This document shows positions 29,501 through 44,128 of a stretch of DNA of 64,000 nt, one piece after another. The notes beneath the pieces are model-generated. The model saw only the letters and a program-made list of their open reading frames with translations, made no database searches and was not told the DNA's origin. The position numbers were made by a program, and so were the translations under genes. The DNA is from Candidatus Babeliales bacterium (GTDB taxonomy: Bacteria; Babelota; Babeliae; Babelales; JANWKD01). Every line of letters starts with the position of its first letter. The stretch's first letter is position 1. The stretch covers positions 320,001 to 384,000 of the forward strand of contig CAVRJO010000001.1 in NCBI GenBank assembly GCA_963722255.1. The letters are read 5' to 3'.

Positions 29501-30443
29501 TCAGCACCAATTCCTCCTAAAAGCTTTCGAATCCATCCATATTTTTCAATAAGTGGAAGAGCATTTCTTACAACAAAAGAAGGGTTCAAAAACATATACG
29601 CTAAACCAGAGATATCCGGCTTGCTAGCTATTTCTTCAAATATTTTTGTTCCAGCAGCTACAGGAGTAAACGCTTTTTTTATCCGCTCAGCACGTTCATC
29701 AGCTCTTTTATTTTGTTCTAAGATTTCTCGGTCAGTTTTTACAGTGGGTGGAACAAATTCATACATAATATCTTCAACAATGGAAGAAAACTTTTTATCT
29801 TTACACGAAGTAACAGTACGAAAACGATTTACCGTATCCTTACCATTAAAAACAGAAAAAAGAAGCTGCGTATTATATGATAATTTTTCCATAGCATGAA
29901 CTGCATTCTGAGCATCATTACGTTTTAGGGCGTCATTAAGTTCCCTATAATTACAAGATTCTAAATAATCAAATGCTCTTGCAATTTTTTTACCAACAGA
30001 AAGTGTTTGAGGCATCAAAGCATTGATCGCTCTATAAGGGGTTGACGAATTCTTTTCATGCGAGTCCAGCAAAGCCGTTAAAACTTTATTAGTTTTTAAA
30101 GAAATTGATTCACTTTGAGTAGAGCTAAGCGCTGTAATTTGAGCGACAACTTTTGAGAAAATATTTCTTGTTGTCTCAAGTTGTTCAAGCCCAACTTCTT
30201 TTTTTTTAGAAAATTATGATCTCTATAATCAGCCAAATATCTTGAAAGCCCACACATATTATCAATAAGGCTTTGAACATCAGATTTAGCTTCATTAGAA
30301 ATTGTATCGAGCCAAGCCAAATGTTTTTGTACTGGTGTTTGCTCCACAGCATGTTCCATTGAATACAGATCAAAAACAAATGCAAAACAAATGATAACTA
30401 CAGTACCAAATATTTTTTTTGATAGGTTTTTACTATTTTTCAT
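26520..30443 (-). CDS. Large (~1300 aa) secreted coiled-coil protein with C-terminal Josephin/papain-like cysteine protease domain; two frameshifts
   Basis: Three ORFs join across an A9 run (~30200) and a shift near 28630; signal peptide ...LYS|ME; RQNNAECGYHALYNAL...HWIAIK...VMDSL. Confidence 0.65.
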
Positions 30444-30582
30444 AAAAATTCCTTATTTTTATTTCAAAATACAAAAAAGATACACTACGGTAACTTCTTG
30501 CATTGAGCAAGTATATCCAAAATTAATAAAAATTTGAATTTATATGCTTTCGAATAGTAAAAAATTTTATTTCATCACTCTA

Positions 30583-32445
30583 TCACTGCATGAGCTGTTT
30601 AATTTTAGTCTCAAGTGCTTTGGCATTTATCTCCTCATATGCAAGCAGTTCATCAGGAGATCCGGATTTTGGTAATTTAGTCACTGCCATTATATGCACT
30701 TCAACACCTGTATTTTTCAATGCAGTAACAACAGATTCACCAATGCCTCCTTGACTATAATGATCTTCAATGGTAATAATTCGGTTTTGCGAAGTGCGGG
30801 CAACTCTTAATAGTGTAGAAGCATCAAGTGGCTTTATTGAGTACAAATCAATGAGCGCAAATGTTATAGAATCTTTTGCCAAATGTTTATAGGCCTTAAG
30901 CGCTTCAAAGACTGTGATGCCAGCAGCAACAACACAGACCACATCATGCGAACTTTGTTTTAAAATCGAACAACCTCCAATAACAAATTTTTTATCAACA
31001 TCATATATAACAGATGTTTCAGCACGTGTTGTACGCAAGTAACTAATGCTTGAATGATGATTTGCCATAAGCTCAACGAGCTTCCAGCAACTTACAGCAT
31101 CGCATGGATATAAAATTACCGATTCAGGAATAGCACGCATCATTGCAATATCTTCCAAAGCCATTTGCGAAGGACCATCTTGACCAATGGATACTCCACA
31201 ATGTGAACCCACCAAACGTAGTGCAGCTCTTCCTATTGCTGCCATTCGAATCTGATCAAATGCTCGCGTAAAAAAAGAACCAAAAGTAGATACAAACGGA
31301 ATTTTTCCTCGCGCATAAAGTCCAACAGCCATACTCACCATATTTTGTTCTGCAACAAAACATTGTATAAAACGTTCTGGAAAGGCTTTTTCAAAAATTT
31401 CTGCATAGGTAGAATTTTTAACTTCTGCATCAAGTGAAACTATATCCGTAGATTGCTTGCCAACTGCTGCTAATGCTTGACCATATGCTTTTCTTGTAGC
31501 GATCATTTCATCATGTGCATATTCTGGATTTTCAATTTGTAGATGATCAGTTGCTAAAATTTTTTTCGATGCTGCTGTAGGAACTGTTGGCTTCCATACA
31601 AAATCAGGCTTCTCAACATACTGAGCAAATCTTTTTTTTAAATTTCCTAGAATTCCCGGCAACTCTTCAGGCTTAAAAACTTTTCCGTGAAAACCGTTCT
31701 TATCTTCAGCCTGCTCAACACCATATCCTTTATATGTTTTTGCTATAATGATAACCGGCTGATTAGTAATTTTTTTTGCCTGATCAAAAGCTTCCAATAT
31801 TTCTTTCATGCAGTGGCCATCAACCACTAAAGCATACCAGCCAAAAGCAGTGAATTTCATAGCAAAATCAACGGCATGATGCCCTTCAATTGTTTCTGTC
31901 GTTTGACCCAATCTATTGCAATCTAAAATAGCTACAAGATTATTAAGTTTATAATATGAAGCGATCTCTGCCGCTTCCCAAACGGATCCTTCGGCACACT
32001 CGCTGTCACCAAGTAAAACAAATGTTTTATAATCAAGTTGATCTAATCGAGCTGCAAGTGCCATACCAACCCCGATGGAAAGACCTTGACCTAATGAACC
32101 GGTCGCTACTTCTGATCGCGAAAAACGAGAAGTTGGATGTCCCTCTAGCGCCGAGCCAAATTTTCTGTATGTCATGAGATCTTCTTCAGAAAGAACTCCT
32201 AACTCCTTCCATACTGCATAAAGAACAGGCGAAGCATGACCTTTTGATAAAATAAAACGATCATTATTTCTATTATAGGGATCAACGGGATCAAAACGCA
32301 TAGCGTAAAAAAAAAGAGCTGCAACAAGATCTGCTGCCGAAAGAGCCGAAGTCGGATGGCCCGAGCCAGCATGAGTTGTCATTTTTAATGACGAAATACG
32401 CATAGCATAAGCGGTATGATTAAGAAACTTGATTATAGTATCCAT
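30583..32445 (-). CDS. tkt: Transketolase
   Basis: SGHPTS, DRFILSKGHA, TGSLGQG, GDSECAEG TPP motif, GQDGPSQM. Confidence 0.95.
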   Translation of the reverse strand: MDTIIKFLNHTAYAMRISSLKMTTHAGSGHPTSALSAADLVAALFFYAMRFDPVDPYNRNNDRFILSKGHASPVLYAVWKELGVLSEEDLMTYRKFGSALEGHPTSRFSRSEVATGSLGQGLSIGVGMALAARLDQLDYKTFVLLGDSECAEGSVWEAAEIASYYKLNNLVAILDCNRLGQTTETIEGHHAVDFAMKFTAFGWYALVVDGHCMKEILEAFDQAKKITNQPVIIIAKTYKGYGVEQAEDKNGFHGKVFKPEELPGILGNLKKRFAQYVEKPDFVWKPTVPTAASKKILATDHLQIENPEYAHDEMIATRKAYGQALAAVGKQSTDIVSLDAEVKNSTYAEIFEKAFPERFIQCFVAEQNMVSMAVGLYARGKIPFVSTFGSFFTRAFDQIRMAAIGRAALRLVGSHCGVSIGQDGPSQMALEDIAMMRAIPESVILYPCDAVSCWKLVELMANHHSSISYLRTTRAETSVIYDVDKKFVIGGCSILKQSSHDVVCVVAAGITVFEALKAYKHLAKDSITFALIDLYSIKPLDASTLLRVARTSQNRIITIEDHYSQGGIGESVVTALKNTGVEVHIMAVTKLPKSGSPDELLAYEEINAKALETKIKQLMQ

Positions 32446-32495
32446 TACTTTCCTTTTTATAATATCTCATATCAATATAGCTAGTATATCATTAC

Positions 32496-32533
32496 AAAAA
32501 AAACGGGGAAACAAACAATCGTCTGTTTCCCCG
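32496..32533 (-). terminator. Intrinsic terminator
   Basis: CGGGGAAACA...TGTTTCCCCG stem with a U-tract on the minus strand. Confidence 0.7.
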
Positions 32534-32559
32534 CTAATGTTTTTTAAAGTACAATCAGC

Positions 32560-33015
32560 TTATTGAATAATAACACCCGCAGTTGTTGTAATATGTACCC
32601 ATTTAATAACTTCTTGAGCTAAGAGTTGTTTCAAGAGAGGTTTCAGTTCTAATAACATAACTTCCATCTCTTTTTCTGCTTGAATCTCTTTTAAAACCTC
32701 AGATAGAATTGGATCAAAAACCGAATCATTATTTGTTTGTGCAATTATTTTTTGTTCCACTGCAGCAGAGTCTTTTTTGTAAGCCGAAATTATTGATAAG
32801 CGAAATTTCGGGAATTTAGCAAGAAATTTTCCAACCATCATTATACCAACTGCTTGCAAAAGCTGTTCCATTTGTTGCATTTCTTGCAGTTGATCCATAG
32901 AGATCATCTCTGATTTGCCACCTTTAGTACCCATTTTTCCCGGTTGTACCGCTTCAAGGCACAAAGAAGAGAATGTGATAGCTGTAAGTAGTAATAATTT
33001 TTTATTAATTTTCAT
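32560..33015 (-). CDS. Secreted hypothetical protein
   Basis: Signal peptide MKINKKLLLL...CLEA; no recognisable domain. Confidence 0.65.
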   Translation of the reverse strand: MKINKKLLLLTAITFSSLCLEAVQPGKMGTKGGKSEMISMDQLQEMQQMEQLLQAVGIMMVGKFLAKFPKFRLSIISAYKKDSAAVEQKIIAQTNNDSVFDPILSEVLKEIQAEKEMEVMLLELKPLLKQLLAQEVIKWVHITTTAGVIIQ

Positions 33016-33108
33016 ACACAAATCCTTTAACCGTTTTTTAGATATTTCAACGTTATAACTTTATCTAATATAGCATAGATATATAACAAAACCAAATGAG
33101 CCGATTTT

Positions 33109-33609
33109 TTATAGCGCACCTGACTTTTTAGTTTCTATTTGCAATTTTCTTTGCTCTTTAAGATTTGTTATAATTTGTATTTTAAAAGTTTTAATAAAAG
33201 ATACTTTAAAATCATTAACAAAATTTTCATAACCAATACTAACAGGTAAATACCCATATAATTCACTTGTATGTGAAGCTATCAAATTAAGATAGTTTGT
33301 CTCAAACTTTTTTATGATCTCATCAACTATGCCATTTTCGTTCTCATTTAATTCGACAGTTTCCCCTGTTTCCAACTTTGCAAGAACTTCATTATGGTCA
33401 TGTTTAAATTCATCGACTAAATGAGTAATAAATTTAAGAACTTCATCTATACGATTAGCTTCAACTTCAACTGGCACCTTTGTAATGGATGCTAAAACTC
33501 CTATTCGTTCTTCTAAATCATTGCTTTCTTGATGATGATGCTGCCCCTCCATAGATAAAAGTGGATTACACAAAACAATCAAACCTAAACAAATTATAAA
33601 TCTTTTCAT
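33109..33609 (-). CDS. Secreted hypothetical protein
   Basis: MKRFIICLGLIVLCNPLLS|ME signal peptide. Confidence 0.65.
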   Translation of the reverse strand: MKRFIICLGLIVLCNPLLSMEGQHHHQESNDLEERIGVLASITKVPVEVEANRIDEVLKFITHLVDEFKHDHNEVLAKLETGETVELNENENGIVDEIIKKFETNYLNLIASHTSELYGYLPVSIGYENFVNDFKVSFIKTFKIQIITNLKEQRKLQIETKKSGAL

Positions 33610-33643
33610 AAACAAACTACTTTCGTACAATAATCTTTATACT

Positions 33644-34024
33644 CTAATAATACAGGCCAGTAGCATTAAGATCGAACCTCACTTTTTTTTGCTTTATTCC
33701 TTTATCTCTCTGATCATCCAAATCATTTTTTGCTATTGATTCTAACCATATATTTTGTTCAGCTTTATAAACAGCTATGAGATCTAATAAGAGTTTATTT
33801 TGTTTAATATTGTAGTTAATACTATCAATAGCAAATTGCTTTTCTTCCTCTTTACGAGCAAAAAAAAGTGCTTTGAGATAATAATCAACCAAATCATTAG
33901 CATCAATAATCAATTGTTTATTTTCTGTTGCTTCGCTATTTGTACAATTATCTCTTTGCTCCATAGCAGACAGTTGACTACTTGTGAATAAAATAAGACC
34001 AAAAAAGATGTTTCTACTATTCAT
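33644..34024 (-). CDS. Secreted hypothetical protein with C-terminal KKVRF motif
   Basis: Signal peptide ...QLSA|ME; C-terminal IKQKKVRFDL. Confidence 0.65.
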   Translation of the reverse strand: MNSRNIFFGLILFTSSQLSAMEQRDNCTNSEATENKQLIIDANDLVDYYLKALFFARKEEEKQFAIDSINYNIKQNKLLLDLIAVYKAEQNIWLESIAKNDLDDQRDKGIKQKKVRFDLNATGLYY

Positions 34025-34064
34025 ATAACTCCTTTATGTACTACCATAAATTTTATTTAATACC

Positions 34065-34097
34065 AAAAAAAAAGGCGATGTATTTAAACATCGCCTT
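34065..34097 (-). terminator. rRNA operon terminator
   Basis: AAGGCGATGT...ACATCGCCTT stem plus U-tract just downstream of 5S. Confidence 0.8.
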
Positions 34098-34109
34098 CTA
34101 ATTTTTTAA

Positions 34110-34224
34110 CCTGGCAGTACCTACTTTTCCAGTCCGTTACCAAACAAGTATCATCGGCGTTGTAGACTTAACTTCCGTATTCGGGATGGGAACGGGTATT
34201 TCCCTACAACTATATCCACCAGGA
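34110..34224 (-). rRNA. rrf: 5S rRNA
   Basis: CCTGG..CCAGG terminal helix, CCCGTTCCCATCCCGAATACGGAAGTTAAG core. Confidence 0.93.
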
Positions 34225-34341
34225 ATTTTTTAGATCATCTTATTCTTAGATAAGTGATCAAACTTTTCAAACTTATTCTTGTGAATATTTGTAATTTAAA
34301 TCTCTATTTACTGATCACTTATCACCATAAAAATTTGTAGT

Positions 34342-37361
<3,020 letters not shown>

Positions 37362-37524
37362 CAAATTTTTATGACTAATGTAATCAATAGGTAACAAACT
37401 CAATATGAATTTGTAGAGATTTAAATTACAAATATTTCAAAGATCACAAGAATTTAACTTTTATATCTATTAATTTTGTATTCGAAAAATCCATTTTATA
37501 AACCAATGCCAGCTTTAAAAAATC

Positions 37525-37600
37525 TGGTGGAGATGAGCGGAATCGAACCGCTGACCTTCCGCGTGCAAAACGGACGCTCTACCAACTGAGCTACATCCCC
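37525..37600 (-). tRNA. tRNA-Ala(TGC)
   Basis: Spacer tRNA, anticodon loop TTTGCAC, CCA end. Confidence 0.94.
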
Positions 37601-37677
37601 TTATTTTATACAAAAGCTCAACTGAGACATCCACTGAAAACAGTTACAGCCATTCAATCAACACCCACCAACTATAA

Positions 37678-37754
37678 TGGTGGGCCTAAGTCGACTTGAA
37701 CGACTGACCTCCCCGTTATCAGCGGGGTGCTCTAACCACCTGAGCTATAGGCCC
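37678..37754 (-). tRNA. tRNA-Ile(GAT)
   Basis: Spacer tRNA, anticodon loop CTGATAA, CCA end. Confidence 0.94.
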
Positions 37755-37894
37755 AGCATTGTATTAACTAGTAACCCTATCAATAATTACTGATAAAAAT
37801 TAAACACTTATGAGTCTTACGAACTCTTTCAAATTTATATACACCTTTAAAAAACAAAAGTATAAGATACTTTTGAATCACATAATCTCCCTCG

Positions 37895-39439
<1,545 letters not shown>

Positions 39440-39605
39440 AAATTTATGTGAAAGATTTACATCGTAAGACTCATAAGCGAATTTTTAGGATTTTTCTATA
39501 CATTTCAAAGAAAAATTAATTTTTACTTTAACGTTCGACCTTCGCTTGTTAGCTGCTGCGATTCGTGTTGTGCGTTTGTTGTTTCAATCGTTAAATACAA
39601 AATAA

Positions 39606-39633
39606 ATTATATAGGTATTACAGCTTAAGTCAA
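39606..39633 (-). promoter_or_regulatory. rRNA operon promoter
   Basis: TTGACT-16-TATAAT with an A/T-rich UP-like tract upstream; boxA-like TCTTTGAAA in leader (~39503) and spacer (~37435). Confidence 0.75.
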
Positions 39634-39705
39634 CACTTTTTTTAATTTTTTTTAAAAATTTTTTTAAAAATTAAAAAAAAACTATTTTTTCTCCAATTTT
39701 TAAGG

Positions 39706-40290
39706 TTAAATTATCGATTTTTTTAGCTCTAATTTAATAATAGATTCAAGCTCCAGAACGGCTTTTTCAATATCTTCATTAAGAACCCTATAGTTAAATA
39801 ATAAACTTTTCAAAAATTTTTCATTTTCCCTGAAAGAAATTGAAATTCTTTCTTGAATTTGTTCATTATTTTCAGAATTTCTCATTAAAAGTCTTGTTTT
39901 TATAGTTTCTTGAGCAGGAACTTCTATCCAAATAAAGACCGAAGATTGGATCTTTTTGTTTATAGAAACCGCTCCTTGGATATCAGTAATAATGATAAAA
40001 TTATTTCCCGCCTTCAATCCTTCTATAATTGAAGAAGGTGACCCATAATAATTACCATACTCGCCACTCCACTCAAGAAAATAATTATCATTAATTTTTT
40101 CTTCAAACTCCTCAGGAGATAAAAAATGGTAATCACGCCCATCAACTTCTTCCAAACGAGGCTTTTTTGAGGTATAGGTAATTACGCGAGATAGTGGATA
40201 TTCTCCTGCTAATCTCGTAATAACTTGTGAAACTAACGTTGTTTTACCCGCTCCTGAACATGCAGAAACAACGAACAATTTTCCCGACAT
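39706..40290 (-). CDS. gmk: Guanylate kinase
   Basis: SACSGAGKTT, EVDGRDYHFLS, GNYYGS. Confidence 0.93.
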   Translation of the reverse strand: MSGKLFVVSACSGAGKTTLVSQVITRLAGEYPLSRVITYTSKKPRLEEVDGRDYHFLSPEEFEEKINDNYFLEWSGEYGNYYGSPSSIIEGLKAGNNFIIITDIQGAVSINKKIQSSVFIWIEVPAQETIKTRLLMRNSENNEQIQERISISFRENEKFLKSLLFNYRVLNEDIEKAVLELESIIKLELKKSII

Positions 40291-40574
40291 TGTATCCCTT
40301 TAGTGTATCGCACAAAAATCATTCTCAACACAACTTTACAATTTGGTACAAAAAACGGTAATTTAAAGCCAAACTTTGTAATTATTAATACTAATATAGA
40401 TTTTACATTTTTTTGTTATATTAAAAATAATTAATTAGTTTTATTTTGAAAAAACAGTATGAATTTAGCAAAAATTTGCTTACTGGTTACACTTTTTTTT
40501 AAGGCAATAAAAATCAATGGAGTAATCAATTGCTTTTATATTCCCTTTCAAATCGCATTCTTCATTTTCTAATG

Positions 40575-41876
40575 CTATGCGCAAATGCCTTTTTTAAGCA
40601 AATGAACCGCTAATGTATCATGAACAGCATTGGCCATCCCTTTAAGAGGAGCACAGTTTTCCAAATTAGAATAATCAAATGTGCAATAGTGCAAAATCTG
40701 TATACCGGTTCTTGCACCAACTAAGGCTCCTGCTAATGATGCAATCGAATCACTATCTCCAGGCGTATTAGCACCTTCAAGAAGAGCAGCCTTTAGATCA
40801 TCAGAATGGCGTATAAAAATGTATAATGCTGCTGCAACTGCTTCATCAGCCGACCATCCCAAAAGAGCTCCGCTTCTTGAGCGAAAATTAGCTTGCTTAT
40901 CATTTACCATTCCTAAAATCGATTCAGGCATATTTCCTTCTTTGGCCATAGTATAAGCATATCGAAGCATATCACTGGTTACTAAGCGATCATTTGAAAT
41001 CATTGAGGGCTCAAAACAAGATTCTTCAGGTAATTTGCGCGCTCTTGTCTTATAATGCAACTCACTCTCATCATATTCTTGAGCTGCTTGAATCATTGCT
41101 TGCGCAACTTCATCAGGAGATTTTTGCAATAATGCTTGACTAACACCAACTGCAAGAGCCACCGATGCTGCACGAGCCATTGGATGCCTGTGAGTGAGTA
41201 TAGATTGCTTGTCTGCAATTTCTTTAACCAAAGCAAGATTATCAGCAAAAATAACACCAATCGGCCATGCGCGCATCACAGAGCCACAACCACCTTCTTG
41301 AGCAATTACTTTATTAAACTTCATATCAAGAACAGTATCATACTGATACCAATACAATGGATTTTTATCGGCTATACCATATTGTATATACTGCTCCAAC
41401 TTTAATGCTGCTTTTAAATTCTGTGCACCATGAGCGCGTAATGAAAATAAAGGGTCTACAGCAAAGCGATTCTTACCCAATATTCGTGCATAACTTCGAG
41501 CCAATTTATCCATCATAAGATGTACAGAAGAACTTTGTTGCCGCCCCTCCAATACTACCTTTGCAACTTCTATCGCCATAACCGTATCATCGGTATAAGG
41601 AACAACCGTAGAACCCACAAGAGGATGATACACTTCCATACGTTTATCAAATCCTGTAATACCGTCAGGACCAAATTTTTTATGAATCTCTGCAACTGAC
41701 GGAATAAATTCGGTTAAACGGCCAAGGGCGTCGCCAATTGCCGCACCAAGGAATACCCCAGCAATTCTATCTTTTAGTAAACCACATGAATCAGAATCAA
41801 AATTTTGAGCAAAAACAGAAGAAAAACTTCCAAAAGACGTTATCAATAATGAAAAAAGGACGAATACATACATCAT
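40575..41876 (-). CDS. ADP-ribosylglycohydrolase (DraG/ARH family) with signal peptide
   Basis: AIGDALG, YTDDT, GSVMRAWP, GDSDSIASLAGAL. Confidence 0.9.
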   Translation of the reverse strand: MMYVFVLFSLLITSFGSFSSVFAQNFDSDSCGLLKDRIAGVFLGAAIGDALGRLTEFIPSVAEIHKKFGPDGITGFDKRMEVYHPLVGSTVVPYTDDTVMAIEVAKVVLEGRQQSSSVHLMMDKLARSYARILGKNRFAVDPLFSLRAHGAQNLKAALKLEQYIQYGIADKNPLYWYQYDTVLDMKFNKVIAQEGGCGSVMRAWPIGVIFADNLALVKEIADKQSILTHRHPMARAASVALAVGVSQALLQKSPDEVAQAMIQAAQEYDESELHYKTRARKLPEESCFEPSMISNDRLVTSDMLRYAYTMAKEGNMPESILGMVNDKQANFRSRSGALLGWSADEAVAAALYIFIRHSDDLKAALLEGANTPGDSDSIASLAGALVGARTGIQILHYCTFDYSNLENCAPLKGMANAVHDTLAVHLLKKGICA

Positions 41877-42006
41877 AATTACACCTCACAAACCTATACG
41901 TTTTGTATTCTTTAGCACTATCTAGTCTACGCTACCTAATTCAAAAATCAAAAGGGTATGCTTAAGAAGCTAAAACATAGACATTTATGAAGTTATTCTA
42001 TTGGAC

Positions 42007-43929
42007 TTAATTTTCAAAGCGACAGCCAACATGTTTAGACAAAAATTTCTCAACAGTAGCATAAAATTTCAATCTATTTTGTGGCCTAACTAATCCGTGC
42101 CCTTCATCAGGAAAAAGCAAATATTCGTATTCAAGGCCTTTTTCATTCATTGCTTTTACAATTTGTTCAGATTCCGCTTGTTTTACGCGCACATCATTTG
42201 CCCCATGTACAATTAAAATTGGGATTTTAATGTTTTCAATTTTAAACAATGGAGAACGTGACTTTAGAAATTCTTCATCAGAAATTTTTCCAATACGTTT
42301 TTCCCATTGTGACAATGACCAATAGGGAGGCAAATTTTGTAAAACCGTTAACAAATTACTTATCCCGCAACAATCAATTGCACAACAAAATAGATCGGGT
42401 GTAAAGGTCGCACCCACCAAAGCTGCATAACCACCATAAGAACCACCAAAAATAACAATTTTTTTAGGATCCGCAACTCCTTCATCTATCGCCCAATTTA
42501 CCGCATCGATAAGATCATCTTGCATTTTACCGCCCCATTCTCCATTTCCTTTTGCTAAAAATGATTTTCCATATCCAGCTGAACCGCGATAATTAACTTG
42601 CAAACAAGCAAAACCGCGATTAGAAAGTAGTTGCACAACGGGTGTAAATTCCCAGCTATCGCGCATAAAAGGCCCACCATGGACTAATAACACAAGGGGC
42701 AAATTTTTTCTTTCAACATTAAGCGGACACGTTAAATAACCCCGAATTTTTAATCCGTCTCGTGCTATAAAAGAAATTGGTTCCATTGGTGATAGTTGAT
42801 ACTCATTAAGCTCAGGGCGTTGATGGAATAAAAATCTACTTTCTTTTGTATCAAAATTATACAAATAATATTCGACCGATTTATTATCAAAAACAAAAGC
42901 AACTAATGCTTTTTTATTATCATAGGTTTTTCTTATCGTATATAAATCACCATCACCTAACGCTTTAATACGGTCATAGTCTTCTTGAAGTGCATTATTT
43001 AGTAGTTTAAAGTTACGCCTTTCTTTATTCCATATTATAATTTCTGGTTCATACGTAGTTGCATCAAAAATAACATTAACAATATCAAATTCAGGATCTT
43101 CTGCCCTTATTTCTCTTATCCCTGTTTTGATATCAATACGTTGTAAACTACGCGTATTTGTTCCTAAAGATGTATTAAGATAAAGATGAGTGTTATCTTT
43201 ATCAAATCCTAAAATTCCTGAATACAGATCATCTTTTAAAGTATCTTCAAAATCAGCAGTTAGAAGTTTTTTCCAATCCTCGTTATTACTAGCACGAATG
43301 AATAGGTCTTGAGATCCATCACTATTTGTTTGTAATGCACCCAATAGCTGCAAATGTCTGCCAACAATCCAACGGGTATAGGTTCCCGGATTTTTTGCCA
43401 CCAAACTCAAATCACCAGTAATTAAATCAAGATGATAAACATCAAAAAATTTTGGATTTTCTTTATTCATCTCTATTAAAATTTCATGATGATAATCTTT
43501 ATCTATGGCTAAAATACGTGCTTTAACACCTGAAAAGAGGGTAAAATCTTTAATCTCTCCTGTAGTGCTATCAACTGCAAATAGATGATAATTTTCGTCA
43601 CCATTTGTATCTTGAAGATAAAGGAGTTGTTTTCCATTTGACGCCCAGCTAAAACTTGAAATCCCCCGCTTTGTTTCATGAGTTATTACTTTATCATCTT
43701 CTTTACCAACCGTTTTAACCCAAATATTTAATATACCATCTAACGGAGCACAATAGGCTAACCGAGTACCATCTGGAGATAAGGACGGGTAAGATTTTAC
43801 TGGATTTCCAAACAAAACTGCTCGAGGAATAAGAGCAACATTATTTTGAGTATTTAAAAATGATACAAAACAAACAAAAAAAGGTATTACAAGCATCAAT
43901 ACTATTTGCATAAATCTTGAGTTCATCAT
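42007..43929 (-). CDS. S9 family (prolyl oligo/dipeptidyl) peptidase, exported
   Basis: VHGGP, NYRGSAGYG, GGSYGG, HGANDVRV, DEGHG. Confidence 0.92.
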   Translation of the reverse strand: MMNSRFMQIVLMLVIPFFVCFVSFLNTQNNVALIPRAVLFGNPVKSYPSLSPDGTRLAYCAPLDGILNIWVKTVGKEDDKVITHETKRGISSFSWASNGKQLLYLQDTNGDENYHLFAVDSTTGEIKDFTLFSGVKARILAIDKDYHHEILIEMNKENPKFFDVYHLDLITGDLSLVAKNPGTYTRWIVGRHLQLLGALQTNSDGSQDLFIRASNNEDWKKLLTADFEDTLKDDLYSGILGFDKDNTHLYLNTSLGTNTRSLQRIDIKTGIREIRAEDPEFDIVNVIFDATTYEPEIIIWNKERRNFKLLNNALQEDYDRIKALGDGDLYTIRKTYDNKKALVAFVFDNKSVEYYLYNFDTKESRFLFHQRPELNEYQLSPMEPISFIARDGLKIRGYLTCPLNVERKNLPLVLLVHGGPFMRDSWEFTPVVQLLSNRGFACLQVNYRGSAGYGKSFLAKGNGEWGGKMQDDLIDAVNWAIDEGVADPKKIVIFGGSYGGYAALVGATFTPDLFCCAIDCCGISNLLTVLQNLPPYWSLSQWEKRIGKISDEEFLKSRSPLFKIENIKIPILIVHGANDVRVKQAESEQIVKAMNEKGLEYEYLLFPDEGHGLVRPQNRLKFYATVEKFLSKHVGCRFEN

Positions 43930-44128
43930 CTTCTATTTTACCCCAATACATTTTTTACACTAAAAGAATATATATAAGTATATACAAAATGAAAAAAATT
44001 TCAATTTAGCTTACTGCTCTCCTCTCTGACAATTTTTGATGATTTCATTATTATTCTAAGCCAACATAACCAGAAACCCTTTTTTTAACTTAAAAAGAGC
44101 GAATAACCACCAAATCTTAATTGATTTC

